Positions 56,701 to 64,000 of a stretch of DNA of 64,000 nucleotides are shown here, piece by piece (within the stretch, counting starts at the first letter, position 1; each line of letters opens with the position of its first letter). The DNA lies in IMG/VR virus record IMGVR_UViG_3300013102_000030, positions 64,001-128,000 of that record; one strand, 5' to 3'. The position numbers were made by a program, and so were the translations under genes. The stretch comes from a virus. The notes beneath the pieces are model-generated. The model was not told the origin of the DNA. It saw only the letters and a list, made by a program, of their open reading frames with translations, and did not search any database.

Positions 56701-57611
56701 CTATACTTGCCCGACTCCGTACTGAGGAAGCTTTCCCCGTAGGGGCAGACGGTCGAGCATGGGGCGTTCATATAGCCGTCAACACCACTGGGGCGCAGGT
56801 ATTTTTTAGCCTCCGTCCAAACAACTATAACACTCTTCCGGCAGGGGTCTATGAGGTCCGTCAAACTATCACCATGCCTGCCAATGCCACAAACATCTCT
56901 TTCATGAGATTCTATAACGGCAGTCCAAACCGGACAACCGTATGGTGGGACAACTTCATGGTGGTGGAAGGACGCTACGATGGAGGATATATCAACCCCG
57001 ACCAAAACCCCCTTGCCAAATGGGACGGTGCGGCGAACGTTAGCACAAGTGTAGGATATCCTCCTACCCTTCTTGAACTTGCCGGAAAACCTAGCCTTGA
57101 GTTGGTAGGGGAAGGCATCTCTCCTACGACTACAGTTGACGGTTTTGTTGCCAGAACGCTCTATGCTGTATACGAGGTAACAGATATCAACCAAGGTAGC
57201 TGGCAGGTTCCGATTATCTATGGAGTAGCAAGCAGTGAAGGATACACCCTTCAGTCCAACTCAGCAGGAACTATCCAGATGGTACCACGAGCAGACTTTG
57301 CTACTGGTGGCGGAAATACCAATGCCACCACTGGATTCAATACAAGGACTTCGGGCAGAGTCCATGTTATGGCTTTTGCCTTCAATGATGGCTTGACGAG
57401 CATGCTTGGAATGGGAAACGGAGCTACTGATGTACAAAGAACATTGGTACCCGGAACTGTTGGGTGGACTAAGCATAAGCTTGAAATCCGCCCCGCAGCC
57501 CAAGGTATGCGTGGTGTGTACGCGTCTGTGTATATGGGGGAGCATTCCCGAGCTACCCGATTGGCTATTAGCCGATATCTCGGAAATAAATATGGAGCAA
57601 ATGTCGCCTAG
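53763..57611 (+). CDS. Large virion protein with repeated carbohydrate-binding-like beta-sandwich modules
   Basis: Repeats of RTNLxxxP ... YFDG ... WTGTAxxSxS; Thr/Gly/Ser-rich. Confidence 0.65.
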   Translation: MRRDNFDSGSQPVRNLAYIPSFEVASGTVNTRTNLYKDPHCEGVSGSVTVRTNLCTNPGPQAVGGTTTTIRTNLSTNSRGVSALPDYNGASYQTITTVTGITGHPEGITTANRVSYNAGATNPGVALLNPAQANTKYTISAWVYHETVPPAGGQAFAMAGLTSSTPTTPVAGVWQRLSWTYTTTASPSYFGFRVASPTGSGSFLITGILIERSGFLGDFFDGAGASRTNLANDPRALTITGTTGVGWRNSRWFGGNGTTVGTHTNITGMQDGPTPQLTTYIRKQWTGDNLSTSNGDTGFELSTGFNTTAGVAYAGGWSVQAGVTYSLSAWLRPTSDKGNAGFDMTWRDSAGYYITRSTFSTYTLPANVWTRVTATVTAPSGAITAGLVLDVDGGSLWKSGESLDGTGLIIERTDTPSTIFYEGTGDFSYSWTGTANNSASIQTAAGTPAIGGANNGITYRSGISGNYFARTFFTSDQIMDSGPSLQGTAPGLTASKTYTLSVDVWVDRDRTYRLSVQGNGTTNTSTSFTQTAGTTVRRIITFQTNVSATGPSNVALYVLRSDVLPGYIDVSKILIEEAPQALPYFDGSNPVRNLAAGTNPSALSGITMTSGVSYKGDTWRRASVAAGNSGWIVRQYVNLFDLIPGQTYTAAVTVANDSTADSVSIALDWCDTAATTVTLAPGEVRRLRVTNSKASYSNVYRFADLQVNQNTAGSRSVLFKDFTVEFGATPGYQGAADYTTAWTGVVNGSTSTMTAPLPGGWSKSGNTVVIPTTEGISGKGIKIIKNGGYGFVGTTLSGLAVSTAYTWSADILTSQTTVNTVDRSSLVGGYSPSDRTVVSDLVTRIQRTFTTGPSETTRTISIAGWENATVPDGSILIIDNIQVEANGQATPFFSGDTPAANEFTYAWTGTQHASTSTETAPGASGYTGSYSNRIAWQSTQWSASGTKSLAVAGGAPSQDSFSQFGQPYPFPADFAGKTYTILARLRTEEAFPVGADGRAWGVHIAVNTTGAQVFFSLRPNNYNTLPAGVYEVRQTITMPANATNISFMRFYNGSPNRTTVWWDNFMVVEGRYDGGYINPDQNPLAKWDGAANVSTSVGYPPTLLELAGKPSLELVGEGISPTTTVDGFVARTLYAVYEVTDINQGSWQVPIIYGVASSEGYTLQSNSAGTIQMVPRADFATGGGNTNATTGFNTRTSGRVHVMAFAFNDGLTSMLGMGNGATDVQRTLVPGTVGWTKHKLEIRPAAQGMRGVYASVYMGEHSRATRLAISRYLGNKYGANVA

Positions 57612-57686
57612 GGGTTGACACGTTGTCTTTCTGTAGAGTATCGTAATTCTTATCAGGAACACCGATACTCTACAGAAGGGCACATC

Positions 57687-58544
57687 ATGAAAAAGATCGC
57701 AAGCACCGCAACCGCTGTACTCCTCGCCTCCTCGGGGCTTCTCTTCGTAGGGCAGGCCGCGAACGCCATGCCCTGTGACCTCCCCGGAGCAGGATGTACG
57801 GGTGACAGCAACACCGGCTATCCCGGAGGAGTCGCACCGACTCCCGATCCGGGGAAAGGACATGATCCTGTGACATTCTGCCACAACGGAATGCTGAAGA
57901 CAACTGACGACGACGGAGAACTCCATGGTCACAAGACCAAAAAGGGAGAGCACGTCAACGATGTCTTCCGCGAAGACCTTGGACGTGAGGTAACAGAAGC
58001 TGACTGTGCCGTCGTCACGGAACCGGTGAAGCCCCCTCAGCCTGCACCGGAGTTCCCGGAAGGCAACGTGGACATCACCTACCAGTGTGACGCGGTTCCC
58101 ATGACCCGAACCGATCACATCACCTACAAGCGGATCGACTACGTCTACGACGCTCCCAGCAATTCGTGGGTGAAGGGTCCGGAGCAGGTCACGGACGGGG
58201 TCTACGTCTTCCCGCTGACTGACGAGCAGGCGCAAACGTACTGCGGAGTTGCCGTCACCCCTCCCGTACAGGAGACTCCTCCGGCTGTGACTCCTGACGC
58301 TCCGGCTCCCGAACAGGCTGCACCGGAGGCTCCGGTAGCTCCTGCTGTCGTCCCTGCCGCTGAGCCTGCACCGCTGGCAAATCTCGGTGGACAGGTCCCT
58401 GCAAGCAACGTGGAGCAGGCAGCACAGACGCAGGCACCCGCCGAACTTGCCTACACGGGCTTCAACTGGGGAATGTTCGGAGCCGCGATCCTCTCGCTGC
58501 TTGGCGGATTCGGACTCATGCGGCTGAAGCGGAAGCTCGCATAA
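57687..58544 (+). CDS. Secreted, sortase-anchored (LAxTG) surface protein
   Basis: Signal peptide, Pro/Ala stalk, ELAYTG, transmembrane segment, RLKRK tail; own TTGACA promoter and terminator. Confidence 0.75.
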   Translation: MKKIASTATAVLLASSGLLFVGQAANAMPCDLPGAGCTGDSNTGYPGGVAPTPDPGKGHDPVTFCHNGMLKTTDDDGELHGHKTKKGEHVNDVFREDLGREVTEADCAVVTEPVKPPQPAPEFPEGNVDITYQCDAVPMTRTDHITYKRIDYVYDAPSNSWVKGPEQVTDGVYVFPLTDEQAQTYCGVAVTPPVQETPPAVTPDAPAPEQAAPEAPVAPAVVPAAEPAPLANLGGQVPASNVEQAAQTQAPAELAYTGFNWGMFGAAILSLLGGFGLMRLKRKLA

Positions 58545-58551
58545 CTTCCAC

Positions 58552-58589
58552 AAGGTAGACCCTCTCCTTCGGGAGAGGGTTTACTTTTT
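58552..58589 (+). terminator. Intrinsic terminator
   Basis: GGTAGACCCTCTCC-TTCG-GGAGAGGGTTTACTTTTT. Confidence 0.8.
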
Positions 58590-58606
58590 GCCCTGAAACT
58601 GCTAAG

Positions 58607-59272
58607 ATGTACCGAATGACCCAAAAAATCATTCTTGAAGCCGTCACTGGCTCAAAAGCCTACGGGCTGAATCACGCACAATCCGACACCGACAAGATGG
58701 GCATCTTCGTTGCCCCTACTGTACACGTAGCTGGCCTTGGATGGGCCTCAAAGCACGAGTCATGGTCCAATGCTGGACCGGAGGGTGATGACTACACCTT
58801 GCACGAGGTTGGCAAGTATCTCAAGCTTGTGCTAAAGTCGAACCCTACCCTTGTGGAACTGCTCTTCATCGACCAGTACGAGACTCTGACTGATGAAGGC
58901 AGAGCCATGATTGACCTTCGTGGGAAAGTCCTGTATACTAAGGGCATCCGCGAAGCCTACTATGGATACGCTAAGGCTCAGTACGAGCGTGTAATGAGGG
59001 AATACCCTCTCCATAAGCCCAAGATGGCACGACACTGTGTACGGATCGCCATTCAGGGGCATGAGCTTCTGACCACAGGGACCACGAACGTAAAGGTTCT
59101 TGACCCTCAATACCTGTTTGATCTGAATGACATGGGCCAAACAGATCTGTTCAACACTATGGCTAAGCATGTGCAATCCATTGATGATGCAAAATCTGTC
59201 CTTCGGGACGAACCAGACCGCAAGTCAGTTGCCGCGTTTCTGGAAGATATACGACGACAAAATCTAGGCTAA
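58607..59272 (+). CDS. Nucleotidyltransferase (Pol-beta superfamily, YcgL-like)
   Basis: GSKAYGL...SDTD, SNPTLVELL. Confidence 0.85.
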   Translation: MYRMTQKIILEAVTGSKAYGLNHAQSDTDKMGIFVAPTVHVAGLGWASKHESWSNAGPEGDDYTLHEVGKYLKLVLKSNPTLVELLFIDQYETLTDEGRAMIDLRGKVLYTKGIREAYYGYAKAQYERVMREYPLHKPKMARHCVRIAIQGHELLTTGTTNVKVLDPQYLFDLNDMGQTDLFNTMAKHVQSIDDAKSVLRDEPDRKSVAAFLEDIRRQNLG

Positions 59273-59283
59273 GAAAGAAGGAA

Positions 59284-60666
59284 ATGAAGGGACTTGAACG
59301 CCTCAAGGGCACTCTGAAGGAGGATGGTGAATCCCGCAAGGAAGCCACATTCCTCTCACGGGATGTGCTTGAACTCGCTATGCTTGCAGCAACCGCAAGC
59401 AAGAACCCCAAGCTCGCCAAGGCGGTCACCATTGGCTCTGCTGCCATTACGGTAGGCACTCTCGCCAAGGATATCTGGAAGTTCTACAGGAAGTCCACAG
59501 CGGACGAAACCTACACCATCAAGATCATGGAAGATGACGGGATCTTTGAGGTTGTAGAAGACTGGTTCATGGAAGCTCTCCCTGAAGAGAAGCAGCGCTC
59601 CGTGTACGCACACTCAACTGTGCAGCGCCATGATCCTCATAGCCGTATGGCTGCTAGACTGGCGGCAGAGGAGGACCCTGAGAAGAAGGACAAGGTCAAG
59701 ATCAACTACTCCTTTGACGGGACAATCGTACAGCAGCTTGACATTGCAGGACAGAAGGTCTCCATCTGGATCTCAGTTCCCGAGCAGTCGGCCAAGAGTA
59801 CCGGCAGTGGAAAGAGCCTGCTCCAGCGCTCCATCAACATCATCTGCCCCACGGTGGAAGCCAAGAGGGCTATTCAGGAAGAACTGGACAAGCAGTCCCA
59901 GTTCCTTTCCAAGTCCCAGCCGCGCATGTTTGTCTCCAGCAAGTGGGGCAACTTCAACAAGCGCTCCCACATCCAGACGCGCTCCGTGGAATCGGTCATC
60001 CTCAAGGAAGGACAGATGGAGCGTATCCTTGGTTACCTGAACAGCTTCCTTGAAAACAAGGATGCCTATCTGAAGGCTGACCTTCCCTACCGCACGGGCA
60101 TCCTGCTCTACGGTGAACCGGGAAGTGGCAAGTCGTCAACCGCGCTGGCAATCGCCAACGAACTGCGGATGAACGTCTTCATCATCTCCCTGACCTCACT
60201 GGACAGCGACGATGCTCTGAATGAGTGCTTCTCATCCATCCCTCCGAACTCGATCATCATCCTTGAGGATATCGATATCGCTCACTCGGTCAAGGACCGT
60301 GATGAGGATGACGGTGTCACCATGACCGGCATGCTGAACGTGCTGGACGGCTTCCAGTCCCCTCCGGGAGTCATCACCATCATGACCACCAACCGCCTTG
60401 ACGTACTGGATGAGGCAATCATCCGTCCGGGCCGCGTGGATCTTCAGGAGGAACTGAACTGTCTGGATACCCACCAGCTTTCCCGAATGTGTGAGTACTT
60501 CACCGGATCGGTTCCCGAGAACCTTCCGGAGATCACCCCTGCCGATGGTATCACGTCGGCTGAGATTGTGGGTGTTGTGCGGAAGCATCTTCCCAACTTT
60601 GAGAACGCTGGTGAGGACATTGTAACTTTTGTAAGTGACAAGCTCTTGACACCAGCCGCAGCATAG
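59284..60666 (+). CDS. BCS1-like AAA+ ATPase
   Basis: GEPGSGKS, ILEDID, LNVLDG, TTN, RPGRVD. Confidence 0.88.
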   Translation: MKGLERLKGTLKEDGESRKEATFLSRDVLELAMLAATASKNPKLAKAVTIGSAAITVGTLAKDIWKFYRKSTADETYTIKIMEDDGIFEVVEDWFMEALPEEKQRSVYAHSTVQRHDPHSRMAARLAAEEDPEKKDKVKINYSFDGTIVQQLDIAGQKVSIWISVPEQSAKSTGSGKSLLQRSINIICPTVEAKRAIQEELDKQSQFLSKSQPRMFVSSKWGNFNKRSHIQTRSVESVILKEGQMERILGYLNSFLENKDAYLKADLPYRTGILLYGEPGSGKSSTALAIANELRMNVFIISLTSLDSDDALNECFSSIPPNSIIILEDIDIAHSVKDRDEDDGVTMTGMLNVLDGFQSPPGVITIMTTNRLDVLDEAIIRPGRVDLQEELNCLDTHQLSRMCEYFTGSVPENLPEITPADGITSAEIVGVVRKHLPNFENAGEDIVTFVSDKLLTPAAA

Positions 60667-60739
60667 AGTAGGCTACCGCTTTACATAAAAGCTGTCATAG
60701 TGTAGAATGGAAGACATAAGTTTCTATCGAAGGACACTA

Positions 60740-61024
60740 ATGTCTTCTACTGCTGACGCAACCCCCACATATAACTGGCTGGTCCACTACCAGTTTTCCT
60801 TCCCCAAGTCAGACCTCCGTCCAGAGGATCAGCGCTGGGGTACGGGCACCATTCCCATCCAAACGGATAAGGTTCCTGAAACTAAGGAAGAGTTCAAAGA
60901 AATTGCCAGAACCATCGGCAAAGAAGGTGGCTACGAGCGCGTAGCAATCACCAAGCTAGATGTAACCGATCACTTCGTTGAAGATAAGGCAGAGATCCTA
61001 GAAGGACTCATTGTCAATGACTAA
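60740..61024 (+). CDS. Hypothetical protein
   Basis: GAAGGA RBS. Confidence 0.65.
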   Translation: MSSTADATPTYNWLVHYQFSFPKSDLRPEDQRWGTGTIPIQTDKVPETKEEFKEIARTIGKEGGYERVAITKLDVTDHFVEDKAEILEGLIVND

Positions 61025-61445
61025 CGAAAATTGGATCAAAGACGCGCCTTGTGCCCGACCTGTAAAGACGGATGACTCTGAAGAGCCTCGTATGATCGAG
61101 TTCTACAGTAGTGACCCGGAAGAGCAGAATCGGGCCAAGGCCGTCTGTGTTACATGCCCCTTCCGTCGTGAATGCCTTCAGTACGCGTACGATGGCAAAG
61201 AACGTTTCGGAGTCTGGGGAGGCGTAGGAGGGGAAGAGCTACGCAAGAATCAGGCCATCAATGCTCTTGGAGAAGCACACGTCTCCAAGCTGGGAAAGAT
61301 CCGCTGTGCTTTCTGCGGTCCTCGTACTACGGACCAGCTAGAGGTAGTGGAGCGAAAGCGTACCCGAACGCACGTCATGTGCTCAGAGTGCGGCCTTTCG
61401 TGGACCGTCCGCAAGGCGATCAATAAGAAGGAAACCAACTGGTAG
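61017..61445 (+). CDS. whiB: WhiB-family regulator with C-terminal Zn ribbon
   Basis: C..CVTCPFRRECL..FGVWGG; then CAFC...CSEC. Confidence 0.88.
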   Translation: MTNENWIKDAPCARPVKTDDSEEPRMIEFYSSDPEEQNRAKAVCVTCPFRRECLQYAYDGKERFGVWGGVGGEELRKNQAINALGEAHVSKLGKIRCAFCGPRTTDQLEVVERKRTRTHVMCSECGLSWTVRKAINKKETNW

Positions 61446-61508
61446 ATTGACACTGACGCGTCCTACCAGTACAATGTACACGCAAATTACAAGATAAAAA
61501 GGTAGGAC

Positions 61509-63605
61509 ATGGCTACTCAGTGGTCTGATATTTTCGCGCCCGTAATGGGACAAGGCCGAGAGATCCGTCAAGGGCAAGCTATGCTTGGTCAGGCGATCAT
61601 CGACGCAATAGAGAACAAGACGAGCCTTCTGGCTCAAGCATCAACAGGTACCGGTAAATCCTTCGCCACTCTCATCCCGATCATCGATGCCATTCAAAAG
61701 GCACATGCCAAGGGACAAATCTACCGTGGAATTGTATCCACTGAGACGCTGACCCTTCAGGATCAGTTGGTGAAGAAGGATCTTCCATTCCTTTCAACAC
61801 TATACAAAGACTTTAGCTTCCGCAAGCTTATGGGCCGTACCAATTACCTGTGCCTTGAGGTTGCCGACAACGCCTCTGTTGGTGACATCGTCATGAACAA
61901 GATGGTCGAAAAGCTGAAGATGCGTGCCTCCAATCTTGGGAACGGAGAGCGTGCAGACGTAGAGCGGGTTTTGGGCCGCGAGATCACCAACGACCAGTGG
62001 TCCAAGATCGCTTCCTCCTCCACCTTCTGCCCGGACAACCAGTGCAGCGGTAAGGTGTGCTTCTCCACCAAGGCACGAGCAGAAGCAATGAGTGCTGACC
62101 TTGTCGTCGTCAACCATGCCATCCTTGCTACCGACCTTGAGATGAAGGCCGGAGACCCGCTGGCAGATGGTATGCTGGGAATCTTCAACGTCCTTGCAGT
62201 CGATGAGGGGCACCAACTGGAGCCTGTCCTTGTGTCCCAGTGGACCAAGGAACTGACGGAGCGCGAGCTTGAAACCATGGCCGGTTCCGTCACTGATGGC
62301 GTTGAGACTGCCAAGTCAGCGGTATCCAACGCACAGATCTCCTACACTGCCAACACCGCCATGGACGCTGTCCGTGATACACTCGCCAACATCAAGAAGT
62401 TCTTCTTCCTGCTGGATGAAGCACAGGGTGGAGAATGGCAGGACTCCTCCACAGCACTCTCCCTGAAGTACCCTGTAGGCATGCCTTCCGGTCCTGTCGC
62501 GTTCGCCATGAATGAGTTTGAGACCGAGAACCCTGTCCGCCTTGCTCAGGCTGAGAAGCAGCTTGAAGAGGTCATCAAGTACCTTGAGCCTGCCCTTCAG
62601 ACGGCACGCGAGAACAAGATCAAGGGTGTCCGCAAGATCAGCAAGGGCCTCCGTGCCTCCAAAGACCTGCTGGACACGGTCAGGATCATGTCTAAGGCTC
62701 TGGAAACTGACGATGGGATCATTTCCCAGTACGGCACATACGGTGCGTTGGTGGATGGCTGGGTCCGTAAGAAGGACGGCACTCCGGGAATGACGATCCG
62801 TCTGGTTCCGCTGGATGTCTCCGCACGTGCCAAGGCTCTGTGGGGCAAGGAGGGTGGACAAACCAACATTCTGCTCTCTGCCACCCTGACTGACCTGACG
62901 GACGGCTCCTTCCGGTACGCCCGTGAGTGTGTCGCCTTCCCGCCATCGGCTGAGATCAACGTGGACACTCCATTCTCGCTCCAGACGCAGCAGCTTGTCT
63001 ACATCACTCCTGCCACCGGTACTCAGGTGGAAGGTGCGCGGTACGACTTCCAAGAGCTTCTTCAACTGATCAATGCTTCCCGTGGCAGTGCTCTCGTGCT
63101 CTTTACATCCCGTAAGGAACTGGACTATGCTGCTGAACAGATCCTTCGCCTGAAGGCGCTGGGACACTTCCCGTATGAGGTCTTCGTACAGGAGAAGGAT
63201 TCCAACAAGGATAAGCTGATGAAGGGCTTCAAGGCCGATACGCACTCCGTGCTGCTGGCAACCAAGTCCTTCTTCGTCGGCATTGACGTTCCGGGTGAGT
63301 CCCTGTCCCTCGTGGTCATGGTCAAGTTCCCGCTGCCGCGCTTCTCTGCGGAGTGCCGCCAGCAGATTACCCACTGGAAGTCAAGAGGCTTCCACCGCTG
63401 GTATGAGCGTGAGGCTCTGACCATCTTCCAGCAGGCATCCGGCAGGCTCATCCGCTCCTCAGGTTGTAAAGGAGTCGTTGCCCTGCTAGACTTTAGAGCC
63501 ATGGACACCACTTCCAACGTCTACAAGACAATGAAGCTGGGTGTTGACAGTCTCGGATCTCCGGTCACTCAGAACATTGGAGCCGTCCAGCAATTTGTAG
63601 CGTAA
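61509..63605 (+). CDS. dinG: DinG/YoaA-like helicase
   Basis: RQGQ, ASTGTGKS, GRTNYLC, VNHA, DEGH, SATL, GIDVPG, QASGRLIR. Confidence 0.92.
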   Translation: MATQWSDIFAPVMGQGREIRQGQAMLGQAIIDAIENKTSLLAQASTGTGKSFATLIPIIDAIQKAHAKGQIYRGIVSTETLTLQDQLVKKDLPFLSTLYKDFSFRKLMGRTNYLCLEVADNASVGDIVMNKMVEKLKMRASNLGNGERADVERVLGREITNDQWSKIASSSTFCPDNQCSGKVCFSTKARAEAMSADLVVVNHAILATDLEMKAGDPLADGMLGIFNVLAVDEGHQLEPVLVSQWTKELTERELETMAGSVTDGVETAKSAVSNAQISYTANTAMDAVRDTLANIKKFFFLLDEAQGGEWQDSSTALSLKYPVGMPSGPVAFAMNEFETENPVRLAQAEKQLEEVIKYLEPALQTARENKIKGVRKISKGLRASKDLLDTVRIMSKALETDDGIISQYGTYGALVDGWVRKKDGTPGMTIRLVPLDVSARAKALWGKEGGQTNILLSATLTDLTDGSFRYARECVAFPPSAEINVDTPFSLQTQQLVYITPATGTQVEGARYDFQELLQLINASRGSALVLFTSRKELDYAAEQILRLKALGHFPYEVFVQEKDSNKDKLMKGFKADTHSVLLATKSFFVGIDVPGESLSLVVMVKFPLPRFSAECRQQITHWKSRGFHRWYEREALTIFQQASGRLIRSSGCKGVVALLDFRAMDTTSNVYKTMKLGVDSLGSPVTQNIGAVQQFVA

Positions 63606-63619
63606 AGGAAAAAGTCTAA

Positions 63620-64000
63620 GTGCGAGTACAACTCTCCGATGTTCACGGAGATATCAAGATCGATGCCTCACAGGCGGTGAGCTTCCTCAAGGCATGGTTC
63701 AATCCGGATGACGTGATCTCCCTCGTGGGACGGGCATCCGAAAAGAAGGGCAAGCTGGATACCCTCTCCCAGTTCGTACCCGTCAAGGATCTTTACTCCC
63801 TCACGAATGAGGATCTGGACTCACTGGTTTTCTCTGACGGTGAGAAGTGGAACCTCTATTTCGGTGCTGCTCCCGTCAAGGAAGCTGTCTCCCTGTTCCG
63901 TCGTGGAACTGAGGACAACATAGCACGGTTGGTAGGGGTTTGGGCTGATATCGATGTGAAGGAGGGCGGGTTCAATTCTCAGGATGAGATCCTGCTCTTC
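63620..64000 (+). CDS. Probable primase / replication protein (3'-truncated)
   Basis: Open to the window end; NLYF...RRG...VWADID motif of RepB'/AEP-like primases. Confidence 0.55.
   Translation, partial: MRVQLSDVHGDIKIDASQAVSFLKAWFNPDDVISLVGRASEKKGKLDTLSQFVPVKDLYSLTNEDLDSLVFSDGEKWNLYFGAAPVKEAVSLFRRGTEDNIARLVGVWADIDVKEGGFNSQDEILLF

Overview
A 64-kb internal segment of a large lytic dsDNA phage, most likely infecting an actinobacterium (WhiB, class Ib nrdHIEF, ThyX, LAxTG-sorted protein, SigA-type promoters). Almost all genes are on the + strand. Left to right: the end of a tail-fibre gene; a replication and nucleotide-metabolism block (PolA-type polymerase, RuvC-like nuclease, SNF2 helicase, ThyX, Cas4-like nuclease, Sak4-like ATPase, SSB, MazG, NrdHIEF); a ~21-kb tRNA island with 31 tRNAs covering all 20 amino acids, a Ro60/TROVE gene, endolysin, RNA ligase and rIIA/rIIB; glycosyltransferases; an RNA repair set (Rnl1, PNKP, CCA enzyme, PIN-PhoH); a displaced pair of virion genes; then WhiB, DinG and a partial primase. 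The main finding is that the Ro60 gene is flanked by seven related non-coding elements. All share one scaffold: terminal stem, GA(A/T)G(C/T)G paired opposite TTCTC, a second stem, and an invariant TACTTC. Each carries a different cargo, ranging from a minimal loop to a complete circularly permuted tRNA, so this looks like a diversified multi-copy Y-RNA array. The tRNA island also holds two tRNA-like RNAs with large insertions and several unexplained structured or pseudoknotted spacer RNAs. Three genes (tail fibre, HNH, Rnl1) appear broken by single-base lesions. All calls were made by eye from motifs and base-pairing; no database searches were run.
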